A stretch of DNA of 64,000 bases. It comes from Chlamydiales bacterium (lineage in GTDB: Bacteria; Chlamydiota; Chlamydiia; Chlamydiales; JAAZZY01). Location: NCBI GenBank assembly GCA_965206695.1, contig CBDBKM010000010.1:192001-256000 (forward strand), read 5' to 3'. The number at the start of each line of letters is the position of its first letter. Within the stretch, counting starts at the first letter, position 1. This document shows, piece by piece, positions 20,987 through 32,977 of the stretch. Both the position numbers and the translations under genes were made by a program. Under the pieces are notes generated by a model. That model saw only the letters and a list, made by a program, of their open reading frames with translations, was not told where the DNA came from and ran no database searches.

Positions 20987-22801
20987 ATGTCAATTCAAGA
21001 GAAGCTTCAAGCTTGGACTCCTAATGAAAGGCTGAAAAAATGGGTTATGGATCAGGTTGCTTTATGTCAACCTGATGATGTCCATCTATGTGATGGATCA
21101 TCTCGTGAATACAAAGAGTTATCCGAGGCATTAATTAAATCTGAAGTTTTTATTAAACTGAATGAAAATCTCCGTCCAAATAGTTTTTTATGCCGGTCTC
21201 ATCCTGATGACGTAGCTAGAATAGAAAATCGCACCTATATTTGTAGCGAAAAAGAATCTGATGCAGGACCGACTAATAATTGGGCTGATCCTCAAGAGAT
21301 GAAAAGTACTCTTGTTAAGCTTTTTACAGGATGTATGCAAGGCAGGACTATGTATGTTATTCCTTTTGTTATGGGACCTTTAAGGTCCTTGCATTCTCGT
21401 ATTGGAGTTCAAATAACTGACTCTGCTTATGTGGTATGTAATATGCATATCATGACTCGAATGGGTATATCTGCTTTAGAAGCCTTGGGTAATAATAATT
21501 TTATTCAATGCCACCACTCTGTTGGGAAACCATTGGATTCGGGTGAAAAAGATGATCGTTGGCCCTGTAATCCGGAAAACAAATATATTGTGCACTTTCC
21601 TGAAGACCGTAGTATTTGGTCTTTTGGTAGTGGTTATGGAGGTAATGCTTTATTAGGTAAAAAATGTTTTGCTTTAAGAATAGCATCGGTTTTGGCTAGA
21701 GATGAATCCTGGATGGCTGAACATATGTTAATTCTTGGTATTACCAACCCTGATGGAGAGAAAAAATATATTGCAGCAGCTTTTCCCTCTGCTTGTGGTA
21801 AAACGAATCTAGCTATGTTGAATGCTACTCTACCCGGATGGAAGATAGAATGTGTGGGAGATGATATTGCTTGGATGAGATTCGGAAAAGACGGTCGCTT
21901 ATATGCGATCAATGCGGAAGCGGGTTTTTTTGGCGTGGCTCCCGGAACATCGGATCAATCCAATCCAAATGCGATGGTTTCGATGTCTGAAAATTCAATT
22001 TTTACAAATGTAGCCTTAACTCCTGAAGGAGATATTTGGTGGGAGGGCATGACTAGCCAAATTCCTAAAAAACTGACCAACTGGCTTCAGCATGAATGGA
22101 CACCCGAATCAGATGAAAAAGCGGCTCATCCTAATGCTCGCTTTACGGTTCCTTCCTCACAGTGCCCTGTAATTGATCCCCGGTGGGAAGATCCGGGAGG
22201 AGTGCCTATTTCAGCGATTATTTTTGGTGGGCGTAGGTCTTCGGTTGTTCCTCTTGTTTATGAGTCATTGAATTGGCAACACGGCACTTTCCTGGGAACC
22301 ATAGTTTCATCTCAAACAACTGCAGCAGCAGCGGGAGAAATTGGAAAATTACGTCATGATCCTTTTGCTATGTTACCTTTTTGTGGTTACCATATGGGGG
22401 ATTATTTTGGTCATTGGTTAGATATGGGAACTAAAACGCAGCCGAATTTGTTGCCTAAAATATTCTATGTCAATTGGTTTAGATTAAATGAAGACGGGAA
22501 GTATTTATGGCCGGGTTTTGGAGAAAATAGTCGTGTATTGAAATGGATTTTTGAACGTTGTGCAGGCATGGAGCATGCACTTAAGACGCCGATAGGTTTT
22601 CTTCCTGATCCTGAGGCTTTTGATATTGAAGGTTTAGATCTATCACCGGCTACTCTTAAACAATTATTTGATATTGATACAAAAGCCTGGTTGAAAGAGG
22701 TAGAGGAATTAAAGGCGTACTTTAAATTATTCTCAGATAGGCTTCCTAAAGGCATTCAAGATGAGTTATTCTCATTAGAAGATCGACTAAATCAATCGTA
22801 A
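20987..22801 (+). CDS. pckG: GTP-dependent phosphoenolpyruvate carboxykinase
   Basis: [28 protein letters not shown] and GDDIAW motifs. Confidence 0.96.
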   Translation: MSIQEKLQAWTPNERLKKWVMDQVALCQPDDVHLCDGSSREYKELSEALIKSEVFIKLNENLRPNSFLCRSHPDDVARIENRTYICSEKESDAGPTNNWADPQEMKSTLVKLFTGCMQGRTMYVIPFVMGPLRSLHSRIGVQITDSAYVVCNMHIMTRMGISALEALGNNNFIQCHHSVGKPLDSGEKDDRWPCNPENKYIVHFPEDRSIWSFGSGYGGNALLGKKCFALRIASVLARDESWMAEHMLILGITNPDGEKKYIAAAFPSACGKTNLAMLNATLPGWKIECVGDDIAWMRFGKDGRLYAINAEAGFFGVAPGTSDQSNPNAMVSMSENSIFTNVALTPEGDIWWEGMTSQIPKKLTNWLQHEWTPESDEKAAHPNARFTVPSSQCPVIDPRWEDPGGVPISAIIFGGRRSSVVPLVYESLNWQHGTFLGTIVSSQTTAAAAGEIGKLRHDPFAMLPFCGYHMGDYFGHWLDMGTKTQPNLLPKIFYVNWFRLNEDGKYLWPGFGENSRVLKWIFERCAGMEHALKTPIGFLPDPEAFDIEGLDLSPATLKQLFDIDTKAWLKEVEELKAYFKLFSDRLPKGIQDELFSLEDRLNQS

Positions 22802-22805
22802 TGTA

Positions 22806-23576
22806 ATGATCAATTTCATGAAGAATGCAGATGATCACCGATTTTTAGCAGAGAGAACGGGTGTGATCGAGAGTCTTCATAAGATAGCCTCAAATAATCA
22901 TCATTTGTCTTATACCCCGGTGCCAAATCCCTATCTTAAAATCGCTATTGAACAAATTCTATCTTTGTCAAAAGAAACTTCTTTAGATGCTTCCAATCGA
23001 GGAGGTTGGCATTCAAGTCGGGATATATTAAAATATCTTCCCATTCAACAATTATGTTCTGTTTTGATAGAGACCATCAGTCAATATGCGTCTTATTTAG
23101 GTTTTATAACCGATCAGTTAACGCTTGCGGCTTGGGCGAATATAAATCGGGATGGCGATTATAATGTGGCGCATTGTCATGATGATGCTCTTTTTTGTGG
23201 CTGTTACTATCTACAGATAGATGAAGATAGTGAATTGCCCGGTGGTTCTATTACCTTTTATAAGAAGGCAAAAGCAGGTGTTTTGGCAACTATTAATCCT
23301 CAAGCACAAGGCCTATGTCTTTTTCCTAGTGATATGTTTCATAGTGTTGAACCTAGCCAAGGAAATAAAACCAGGATATCTTTAGCTTTCAATATTCATT
23401 TTGGAGATTTAGAGTATACATGGCTTGCCGTATCTCAAAAAAGGCCCGAAGCATGTAGATTGCTAGATCCGTATCATTTAGCTGACGTTAAAAAGAACTT
23501 TCCTTATTATGGGGATTCAAGTCATAATAAAATTATGATTATTCCATTTAATAAGCTTTTGAATGTTAAACCATAA
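22806..23576 (+). CDS. Putative 2OG-Fe(II) oxygenase
   Basis: WANIN..GD.N..H, GCYY, FPS..FHSV.P and RISLAFN pattern. Confidence 0.75.
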   Translation: MINFMKNADDHRFLAERTGVIESLHKIASNNHHLSYTPVPNPYLKIAIEQILSLSKETSLDASNRGGWHSSRDILKYLPIQQLCSVLIETISQYASYLGFITDQLTLAAWANINRDGDYNVAHCHDDALFCGCYYLQIDEDSELPGGSITFYKKAKAGVLATINPQAQGLCLFPSDMFHSVEPSQGNKTRISLAFNIHFGDLEYTWLAVSQKRPEACRLLDPYHLADVKKNFPYYGDSSHNKIMIIPFNKLLNVKP

Positions 23577-23661
23577 CACAAAGAATCATAAAATAATTTT
23601 CTATTTAACTTAATTAGTATTTAAACTATCCTATTTCCATTTATCAAGAGGAGTATTCATT

Positions 23662-24186
23662 ATGATTTGTACACGTTTAGTTTGTGCTGTTTTTTTAATC
23701 GGGGGTCTGCTCCCACTCTCAATTATTTCAGCCAAGTCAATAACCGGAGAAGTATATATGCAGAAAGAAGAAAGAACACTTTCTATTATTAAACCTGATG
23801 CTGTTAAAGAGAATCACATCGGAGCTATTGTTAAGCGATTTGAAGATAAGGGCCTTAAAATTGTTGCCTCTAAAATGATTCAACTTTCTGAAGACCAAGC
23901 CAAAGCATTCTACGCTGTGCATAAAGATCGTCCTTTTTATAACGACTTAGTGAAATTTATGACCTCCGGGCCTGTTGTTGTACAGGTATTAGAAGGCCCT
24001 GATGCTGTTATAAGAAATAGAGATATCATGGGAGCTACAAATCCAAAAGAAGCTGCTGCGGGCACAGTACGTGCTGATTTTGCCAACAGTATTGAAGCTA
24101 ATGCTGTTCATGGGTCAGATAGTTCGAAAAATGCAGCTATAGAAATAGCTTTCTTTTTCGATAAACATCATATTTACACACATTAA
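23662..24186 (+). CDS. ndk: Nucleoside diphosphate kinase with N-terminal extension (core start at 23758)
   Basis: [14 protein letters not shown] and NAVHGSDS motifs. Confidence 0.95.
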   Translation: MICTRLVCAVFLIGGLLPLSIISAKSITGEVYMQKEERTLSIIKPDAVKENHIGAIVKRFEDKGLKIVASKMIQLSEDQAKAFYAVHKDRPFYNDLVKFMTSGPVVVQVLEGPDAVIRNRDIMGATNPKEAAAGTVRADFANSIEANAVHGSDSSKNAAIEIAFFFDKHHIYTH

Positions 24187-24196
24187 TCTCATTCCA

Positions 24197-24572
24197 ATGC
24201 TCCTCTTAATTGATAATTTTGATTCTTTCACTTATAATATTGTTCAGGCATTAGAATCGTTAGGGGAGCGCATTCGAGTCATTCGGAATGATCAATGCAA
24301 TATTCATCACTCATATTTTAAAGAAGCTAAAAAAATTGTAATAGGCCCCGGTCCGGGAGCTCCAAAAGATGCAGGAATTTCTAAAGCATGCATTGAATAT
24401 TATGCAGATAAAAAACCAATCTTAGGGATTTGTTTGGGGCATCAAAGCATGGCTGAAGTTTTCGGGTCTGATATCATAAAAGCTAAAAAGCCGATGCATG
24501 GAAAATGCAGCCAAATTCAGCATGCAAATCAAGGTGTTTTCAAAAGGTTGCCTCAAAATTTTTTAGCTACTC
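24197..24572 (+). pseudogene. pabA: 5' part of aminodeoxychorismate/anthranilate synthase component II (PabA/TrpG)
   Basis: IDNFDSFTYN, GPGPGAP and GICLGHQ motifs; cut at FLAT by IS1634. Confidence 0.9.
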
Positions 24573-26340
24573 CCGACATTCCTAGACCTCTAAACAAGTT
24601 TTTCTAATTAAGCCATACATCCTCATTGCAGTCTTTCCAAACAAAACAATAATCTTTTTCCGAAGACGGGTTAAATTTGTGATCATTTCTTTACAAATTC
24701 TCCGGGAAGTCTTCTGAAAAAAACGGATTATTCCGATACCTTCCATAATTTGGAAAATCCATCTTAATGTTGGATTTTTGACTTCCTTTCCTAATTGGTT
24801 GGGTAATGTCTCTTCTGTTTCTATCAATTTTTGTCGAAGTTGATATTGTCCGATATTATAAACCATTAAACACAATGTCATAACCATCATTAATGCTTCA
24901 ATGCGTCGAGGGGTTTTTAAAAAAATAGAATCAACCATAAACCAAGGATCTTTTAAAAAGCGAAACCCTCCTTCAACCTTTTGCTGTTCTTTATATTCTT
25001 CTAACATCATCTCATCTTTATAATTTTCTCTATCGGTGTCATTCGCAGCTAAAATAAACCGTCCTTTTCTATTCATCAGTTTATTAATTTCTTCTTCTTC
25101 CCTTTCAAAGCTAGCATGAATCTTGTATCCAACAACTTGTTTTTCCTCTCCTTGTTTAGGTTTGCCTAATTTACCATATTTTAGAATCGGCAATATCTCA
25201 CTATTCATGGAATATAAATGATTTTTTTTAGTCAATCTGCCCCAAGCTTTTTTAGCATCACTTTCGCATTTAAATTCCTCATTACCCAAATGCCAAAGTT
25301 GTTTCTTGAGCTTTTCTTCTGCCTTGGTCAATTTTTTTTCTAATGATTTTATCTCTCTCTGATAGGCTTGCTCTGAAAAAACCAAAAGCCATCTTTGTTT
25401 AATCCCTCCATAAAAAGAGGTGAAGCTGCATGTTTTATATCCTTTCTCCTGATCAATCCAATCAATTTCTTCTTCCGGTTTTTCTACTAATCTTTTTGCT
25501 TCTCCTATTATCTCGGGAACTCGGGTGAGCCATTTATAATCATTATTTTTTAAGAGCTTTTCTTTTGTGTATAACGCTGAATCGGCAACCCACTTCAACT
25601 TTGTTTTTACATCAATCTGTTGTTGAAATTCACTGATTTTTTTGAGCGTCTCATGAAAACTTGCTTTATCAGAACTATTGCCGTCTAAGGCTTCCATCCA
25701 TAGAGGCATAGAACTCGGACCATTGGTAACGAGAGAAAGTACAACTTGTTTCAAATCAGGTCTATGATCTTTAGAATAACCCTGCTTAATCTCAATCACT
25801 TGCGGATCATCTTTCACTTCATACGACCCATGAACGGAAAAGCTTGTTGTATCTAGATGATGCGTTTTTTGTAGTAAATCATGGTCTAGGGCTATTCCAA
25901 AAGAAACTTCAGCAAATAATTTACTGCTCCCATATTTCGCAATATCATCCAAAGCATGACCTAAAGTATAATCTGTGAGATCTTCTGCTCGAAGATCGTT
26001 GCCAAGTAAATTCTCTATCGATTTAGAAGCAAAAAATTGATGTGTTAGGTAGAGACGTCTATTAGTAAACCCTAATCCATTCAGAATCATTGCAATTACT
26101 GCCTGTCCCGCACTTACTTTTCTTTGTGGATGATTTTTTAATCCGGTATCAATCCTTTCCGCTACTTTTAGATCGCTGCAAAGTGCTGCAATTAATCCAT
26201 GGTGATCCATGTTCACTGTTTGAATATTATCTCCTGCAACTTCCGGCATAACTTTTCTCCTTGTATCAAATAAAAAGTAACAGGATAGGCAATCTATAAT
26301 TCTAATTCAAAAAAAATATCTTACGGTCTAGGAATGTCGG
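24573..26340 (-). mobile_element. IS1634-family element (1768 bp); transposase at 24582-26249
   Basis: 16-bp perfect TIR CCGACATTCCTAGACC; HLDTTS, GYSKDHRPDLKQ, VADSAL and VEGGFRFLK motifs. Confidence 0.92.
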
Positions 26341-26489
26341 TAAGAAGATTGTTTATTAAAAACCCTTAATTCTTTTTCACTAAGATCTACAAATATATTA
26401 ATTAATCCTTTGTTATCATCATATTCAAATTGAACCAATCTACCGGCACTAAAAGCTATGTCATCGTCATTTACTTTTAAGAATTTCAT
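26341..26489 (-). pseudogene. 5' stub of an unknown gene truncated by IS1634
   Basis: GGAG RBS then MKFLKVNDDDIAFSAGRLVQFEYDDNKG..., open into the IS end. Confidence 0.5.
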
Positions 26490-26518
26490 TACGTCTCCAA
26501 TTTATACGTTCCATTTTT

Positions 26519-28184
26519 TTGACAGCTCCCAACCCTAAAGGGAAGGGATTCCTAATTCATCGACCACTGCTAACAAACAAGCTAGTCTAACATGATCTCC
26601 AAAGGCTTAAATTACCGACTGCCCTGCGGTATCGATATTAATAGATGCATTAAGATCTCTATCGTGTGTTACTTTGCAGTTTGGACACTGCCAACTTCTC
26701 ACACTTAAATCTAAAATTTCTATTTGGTACCGGCAGGCAGAGCATAGTTTTGAACTAGCAAAAAATTGATCTAATTCCACTATATTTCTTCCGTACCATT
26801 CACACTTATACTTTAAAAATGTTAAAAACCGGCTCCATCCTGCATCCGATATATGCTTGGAAAGTTTTTTATTTTTTAACATCTTATTAATATTTAACCC
26901 TTCTATCGTGATCGTTTGGTTTTCACGAACCAACTTTGTAGAAAGTTTATGATGAAAGTCCTGCCTTATATTTTTTATCTTCGAATGTATCGAAGCCACC
27001 GATCTTCTTTTTTTGAGTCTGTTTTTACCTTTGACTTTAGCTTTGCTAAGAGAACGTTGTTTTCTTTTTAGTCTTTTCTTATGAAATCTAAAAGGTTTAG
27101 GTGCCGTAATCTTTTTCCCTGTAGAAAGAGTTGCGAATGTCGTTAATCCTAAATCTATACCGACAGAATTATTTCTCTTCTCAAAAGGGATCACTTCTTC
27201 TTCTACTATATAGGCTCACAAAATACCTGTCACAAGAGTCTTTTGTGATTGTTATACCTGTTGGTGTACCTAAAAAACACCTTGACCAATGTATTTTTAA
27301 TCTGTCTTTAGATTTTGCAATCTTAAGATTAACCCCATCCCAACTAAATGCTGACTTAGTTAATCGTATTGCCTGCGTACTGTGTTTGTTTTTAAAGCGA
27401 GGGAAATTTGACCTTTTTTTAAAAAAGTTTAAAAAAGCTCTATCAAGATCTCTAAGACTTTGTTGCAGACAAACAGAAGAAACTTCGTTTAACCAAAGAA
27501 ACTCTTTGTTTTGCTTAAGACTTGTCAAGAATGCCGATGTTTTAGAATAACTTACATTCTCTTTGTATTGCCTGATATTTCTTGATCTTAAAATTTAAAG
27601 CTTGATTATATACAACTCCGGAACATCCAAAGCTTTTTGTAAGCAACTCCTTTTGTTTTTTCGTTGGATAGAATCTGAATTTATATGCTTTTTTGATCAT
27701 CATGTATTGCATTATATGTCCGGTATATATATATTGTCTATCCGGAAAGACGGAAAACCTCTAAAACAGCAGTTTTTAACCTTAGTTACCATGTTATTTG
27801 GTGTCCTAAATATAGGAGAAAGGTTCTTGAAGGTGATATTGTTGTTCGTTTAAAGGAATTATTAGAATTAAAAGCTCTACAACTAAATATAGAGATTCAC
27901 GAACTGAATATTATGCCTGATCACGTACATATTTTTTAAATACCAAGCCTATATATTCGCCACAATTTTTCATAGGACAACTTAAGGGATATACAAGCCG
28001 AATATTAAGGCAAGAATTTTCAAGCTTAAGATCCGGGTTACCCACACTGTGGACACGGTCTTATTATGTTGATAGTGTTGGAAAATTAAATGAATATACA
28101 ATCAGAAAGTATATACGGAATCAAAAAAACAAATAGACACTTTCATCCCACCCTTAAAAAGGTGGGTTTTCTCGTTTAATTGTC
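26519..28184 (-). mobile_element. IS200/IS605 element (divergent tnpA/tnpB), frameshifted copy
   Basis: Near-identical to 62018-63683; two 1-nt insertions in tnpB and a 1-nt deletion in tnpA. Confidence 0.92.
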
Positions 28185-28272
28185 ATAACAAATTTTTCAT
28201 ATATTTAAATACTTATATGTATTAATATTTTTAACACAAAAATTAACACATATCAAAAAAAAAGGTAATTAC

Positions 28273-28578
28273 ATGATAAGCAATATAGCATCACACAATT
28301 TAACATATGCTAACCTTAATGAAAAAATAAACAAATTACCGGAACAAAAAAGCTCCGGCGGTATTTTTGCATTGTCGTCGCCGGTAGGATTTGGCCTTCT
28401 TGTAGCACTTGGATTAGCAACTACATGCTTTGTCGCAGTTAATGCGAATGCAGGCGCCGGGATAATTTCTAAAAGCATAGGCTCAACGATTAATAAAATG
28501 ATTTGTCTGGTCTCTTGTAGAATCTGGAATCCAAAGTCTTATCAAGCAGTATGTCCTGAGTTTTGCAATCGATTTTAA
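28273..28578 (+). CDS. Small hydrophobic hypothetical protein (transposon cargo)
   Basis: AAGGT RBS; long hydrophobic segment; Cys-rich C-terminus. Confidence 0.55.
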   Translation: MISNIASHNLTYANLNEKINKLPEQKSSGGIFALSSPVGFGLLVALGLATTCFVAVNANAGAGIISKSIGSTINKMICLVSCRIWNPKSYQAVCPEFCNRF

Positions 28579-28659
28579 ATATTCGGAAAAATAGCATTTA
28601 CTAATGCAGACTATTAATTTAACATGATTATTCCTCGGAGACGGCGGCTAACATTCGAA

Positions 28660-28800
28660 ATCGTTGATTAACTCAACTACCCGCATCATGCGGGTTTTCT
28701 CATTGCGCTTTTCCTGTTTCAACACGTCCCTATCATTACCGCTAAGCGGCTACTTTCGGCTTGTTTGACGTTCCACAGGCACTACCTGCACTCCTTGCAG
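28660..28800 (-). ncRNA. omega-RNA/right-end scaffold of the second tnpB
   Basis: GCCTGTGGA...GAAACAGGAA overlapping the tnpB 3' end; terminal hairpin ACCCGCA-TGA-TGCGGGT. Confidence 0.65.
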
Positions 28801-29802
28801 TGGCTAATATATTTCTCGCGGCATTGATATCTCTGTCATGCTCTTCACCACAACTTATACAACACCAACGTCGCACATTAAGACTCAACTCATTGAGTAC
28901 AAACCCACACCTCGAACACGTTTTACTCGTATTCCTTGGATTAGCAAGCATAAAATCTCTTTTATACCAATTAGATTTATACTCAAGTTGTCGGCGGAAC
29001 TCACTCCAAGACGCGTCCCCGATCGATCGACTTAACTTTTTGTTAGACATCATTCTACGCACAGAAAGGTCTTCTACTGCCACCGTTTGGTGCTTCTTAA
29101 CAATAGTCGTACTCAATTTGTGCAAAAAGTCTCGCCTCTTATCGGCTATTCGCGCATGAAGCTTTCCAAGCCTTTTACGTGCCTTTAATCTATTGTTAGA
29201 TCTCTTCTTTTTTTTAGAAAGAAATTTACTTTTCTTTTTCAGTTTCCTTAAGTTTTTTCTTAATATTTTAGGCGATTTTATTTTTTCACCTTCACTTGTT
29301 GCGATATAACAATGAAGACCAAGATCGATTCCAACAGCAGACATTGTATAGGGAATCTCTTTTTTGCATTTACAATCAACCTGTAAGGATACAAACCATC
29401 TATCTGCGGAATCTGTCGATACTGTTGCACTATTTGGAAATATAGGTACTTCTTGAGACCATATAACATTAATTTTTCCAAGTTTTGGAAGCTTTAATAT
29501 CGTTTTATCTTTAAAAATATTTTTACTTTGTCGTTTGTCAAGTGTATAGGTACAAGATCTTTTGAACCTTGGAAACTTTCCTTGTTTGCGAAAAAACCGT
29601 TGATATCCGGACTCCAAACTCTTTAAAGTATTACAATGAACCGTTCCCGTTGTCTTCCTTAAGAAGGGTTTTTCTTTTCTTCATAAAGCTTTGATCTATG
29701 TGCTAAAGACCCATTATAAACAAACTTAGAAGATCTAAATTCTTCTTTAAGTTGCCGCCTCTGCTTGAGTGTCGGATAAAATCTTAGTTTGACTGCTTTC
29801 AC
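28742..29802 (-). pseudogene. tnpB: TnpB of a second family; 5' part degraded; no tnpA
   Basis: GTG at 29802 gives VKAVKLRFYPT...; GIDLG, VEDL, CSRC/CISC and DRDINAA in ORF 28742-29617. Confidence 0.88.
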
Positions 29803-29827
29803 TGTAAACTCTTTATTTTAAGCAGCT

Positions 29828-29857
29828 AGTATATCAAACTAGCACCGCCACCGTCAA
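29828..29857 (-). promoter_or_regulatory. sigma70-type promoter of the second tnpB
   Basis: TTGACG-18 nt-TATACT upstream of the GTG start. Confidence 0.55.
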
Positions 29858-30041
29858 TAATTAATGCGCTTTTCGTTCCTCTGCTTCTCTTCGATACGCA
29901 ACCGTCACTCGCGGGTCGACTGCATCCGTGCAGTCTTCATTGAATCTGTCTAACATACATATATTCCCATTATATAAAAAATAAAATTATATTTGTATAA
30001 TTTAAATAATATGGGTATGAGTAAATTAAACGGATAATACG

Positions 30042-30168
30042 ATGGAGAAATTAAGTGGTTTGGATCTATTCAGTGGAATCGGAGGTATCGCATATGCCCT
30101 TAGATCCTTCGTTAAGCCAAAAGCGTACTGTGAAATTGATAAATACGCTCAAGGCGTTCTTCTATCTA
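30042..30168 (+). pseudogene. 5' stub of a C5 DNA cytosine methyltransferase, cut by IS630
   Basis: LDLFSGIGG (motif I) and YCEIDKYA (motif II). Confidence 0.8.
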
Positions 30169-31009
30169 TACTCATCACGAATAAACCTCCGGATATTTTG
30201 TATTCGTATAGTGTAAATTATTTTGTATGAATTCATTTTTAACACTATCAGAAGAAAAGCATCTCAGACAGCAACATAAACGAGAAAAGAATGGTCGTAT
30301 ACGAGATCGTATCAAGGCTGTTCTATTGTCGAATAAAGGTTGGAGTAATACTCGTATTGCTGAAGCTGTGCTTTTAGACGATGAAACAGTGTCTCGTCAC
30401 ATTAAAGAATATCAAAATAAACAGCAATTGCATGTAGAAAGCGGTGGTTCAGTCAGTAAACTTCTTGCGCCACAGTCAGAAGAATTCATTAAACATTTAA
30501 CAACTCATACCTATGTCAAAGTAGAAGAGATCTGTTCTTATGTTCTCGCGAAATATGGCATTGTTTATACGATTTCAGGGATGACTTCTTGGCTACACTC
30601 ACATGGTTTTTCCTATAAAAAGCCTAAAGGTACACCGGCTAAGGCAAATTCTGATCAACAAAAAGCTTGGATGCAATTTTACACCAAGCTTATGGCATCT
30701 CTGCCTAAAAATGAGCCTGTTGAATTTGCTGATGGTGTACATCCAACTATGGCAACTAAAATTTCTTATGGTTGGATTCGACCGGGAACAGATAAATTGA
30801 TTGCAACAACAGCTTCTCGTACTCGAATGAATCTTATGGGGTCTATCAATTTAAACAGTATGAAGGTAACAATAGATGCTTATGAAACATTAAATAGCGG
30901 TACCACGGCAAAGCATTTTGCTTTGCTACGGTCAAAATACCCCTCAGCTCCAAATATCCATCTTATTTTAGATCAAGGCCCTTATAATACAAGTATTCAG
31001 ACCAAACAA
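30169..31009 (+). mobile_element. IS630-family element (single-ORF type), truncated by IS1634
   Basis: Starts TA|TACTC; HTH, GFSYKKP, FADGVHP and ILDQ motifs; final Glu motif missing. Confidence 0.85.
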
Positions 31010-32777
31010 CCGACATTCCTAGACCGTAAGATATTTTTTTTGAATTAGAATTATAGATTGCCTATCCTGTTACTTTTTATTTGATACAAGGAGAAAAGTT
31101 ATGCCGGAAGTTGCAGGAGATAATATTCAAACAGTGAACATGGATCACCATGGATTAATTGCAGCACTTTGCAGCGATCTAAAAGTAGCGGAAAGGATTG
31201 ATACCGGATTAAAAAATCATCCACAAAGAAAAGTAAGTGCGGGACAGGCAGTAATTGCAATGATTCTGAATGGATTAGGGTTTACTAATAGACGTCTCTA
31301 CCTAACACATCAATTTTTTGCTTCTAAATCGATAGAGAATTTACTTGGCAACGATCTTCGAGCAGAAGATCTCACAGATTATACTTTAGGTCATGCTTTG
31401 GATGATATTGCGAAATATGGGAGCAGTAAATTATTTGCTGAAGTTTCTTTTGGAATAGCCCTAGACCATGATTTACTACAAAAAACGCATCATCTAGATA
31501 CAACAAGCTTTTCCGTTCATGGGTCGTATGAAGTGAAAGATGATCCGCAAGTGATTGAGATTAAGCAGGGTTATTCTAAAGATCATAGACCTGATTTGAA
31601 ACAAGTTGTACTTTCTCTCGTTACCAATGGTCCGAGTTCTATGCCTCTATGGATGGAAGCCTTAGACGGCAATAGTTCTGATAAAGCAAGTTTTCATGAG
31701 ACGCTCAAAAAAATCAGTGAATTTCAACAACAGATTGATGTAAAAACAAAGTTGAAGTGGGTTGCCGATTCAGCGTTATACACAAAAGAAAAGCTCTTAA
31801 AAAATAATGATTATAAATGGCTCACCCGAGTTCCCGAGATAATAGGAGAAGCAAAAAGATTAGTAGAAAAACCGGAAGAAGAAATTGATTGGATTGATCA
31901 GGAGAAAGGATATAAAACATGCAGCTTCACCTCTTTTTATGGAGGGATTAAACAAAGATGGCTTTTGGTTTTTTCAGAGCAAGCCTATCAGAGAGAGATA
32001 AAATCATTAGAAAAAAAATTGACCAAGGCAGAAGAAAAGCTCAAGAAACAACTTTGGCATTTGGGTAATGAGGAATTTAAATGCGAAAGTGATGCTAAAA
32101 AAGCTTGGGGCAGATTGACTAAAAAAAATCATTTATATTCCATGAATAGTGAGATATTGCCGATTCTAAAATATGGTAAATTAGGCAAACCTAAACAAGG
32201 AGAGGAAAAACAAGTTGTTGGATACAAGATTCATGCTAGCTTTGAAAGGGAAGAAGAAGAAATTAATAAACTGATGAATAGAAAAGGACGGTTTATTTTA
32301 GCTGCGAATGACACCGATAGAGAAAATTATAAAGATGAGATGATGTTAGAAGAATATAAAGAACAGCAAAAGGTTGAAGGAGGGTTTCGCTTTTTAAAAG
32401 ATCCTTGGTTTATGGTTGATTCTATTTTTTTAAAAACCCCTCGACGCATTGAAGCATTAATGATGGTTATGACATTGTGTTTAATGGTTTATAATATCGG
32501 ACAATATCAACTTCGACAAAAATTGATAGAAACAGAAGAGACATTACCCAACCAATTAGGAAAGGAAGTCAAAAATCCAACATTAAGATGGATTTTCCAA
32601 ATTATGGAAGGTATCGGAATAATCCGTTTTTTTCAGAAGACTTCCCGGAGAATTTGTAAAGAAATGATCACAAATTTAACCCGTCTTCGGAAAAAGATTA
32701 TTGTTTTGTTTGGAAAGACTGCAATGAGGATGTATGGCTTAATTAGAAAAACTTGTTTAGAGGTCTAGGAATGTCGG
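31010..32777 (+). mobile_element. IS1634-family element, second copy; transposase at 31101-32768
   Basis: Same 555-aa protein, same TIRs and same 1768-bp length as the first copy. Confidence 0.92.
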
Positions 32778-32977
32778 CTACTCGATACCATTCATTAGTC
32801 ATTGATCCGGATAGCATACCAAGCTGCTTAATTGTTACGGCGAAAACAAGTGAAGGGGAAATTATGGGAATTAAACATAAAGATTATCCTGTAGAAGGGG
32901 TTCAATTTCATCCGGAATCTACTCTAACTAAAGAAGGGGACTTGCTTTTTTTGTCCTTTCTATCTGCTACATTTTAA
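32778..32977 (+). pseudogene. pabA: 3' part of the PabA/TrpG gene
   Basis: TRYHSL, GEIMG and GVQFHPES motifs. Confidence 0.9.

Larger units (their letters stand above)
24573..32777. mobile_element. Composite transposon (8205 bp) bounded by inverted IS1634 copies
   Basis: CTACTC direct repeat at 24567-24572 and 32778-32783; removal restores LATRYHSL. Confidence 0.9.

Noticed and set aside
27131..27853. Plus-strand ORFs repeated at 62744-63351
   Set aside because: Shadow frames of tnpB/tnpA, repeated only because the IS is duplicated.
28660..29960. IStron (group I intron plus tnpB)
   Set aside because: Upstream non-coding part is only about 150 nt, no group I core is recognisable, and no host ORF is interrupted.
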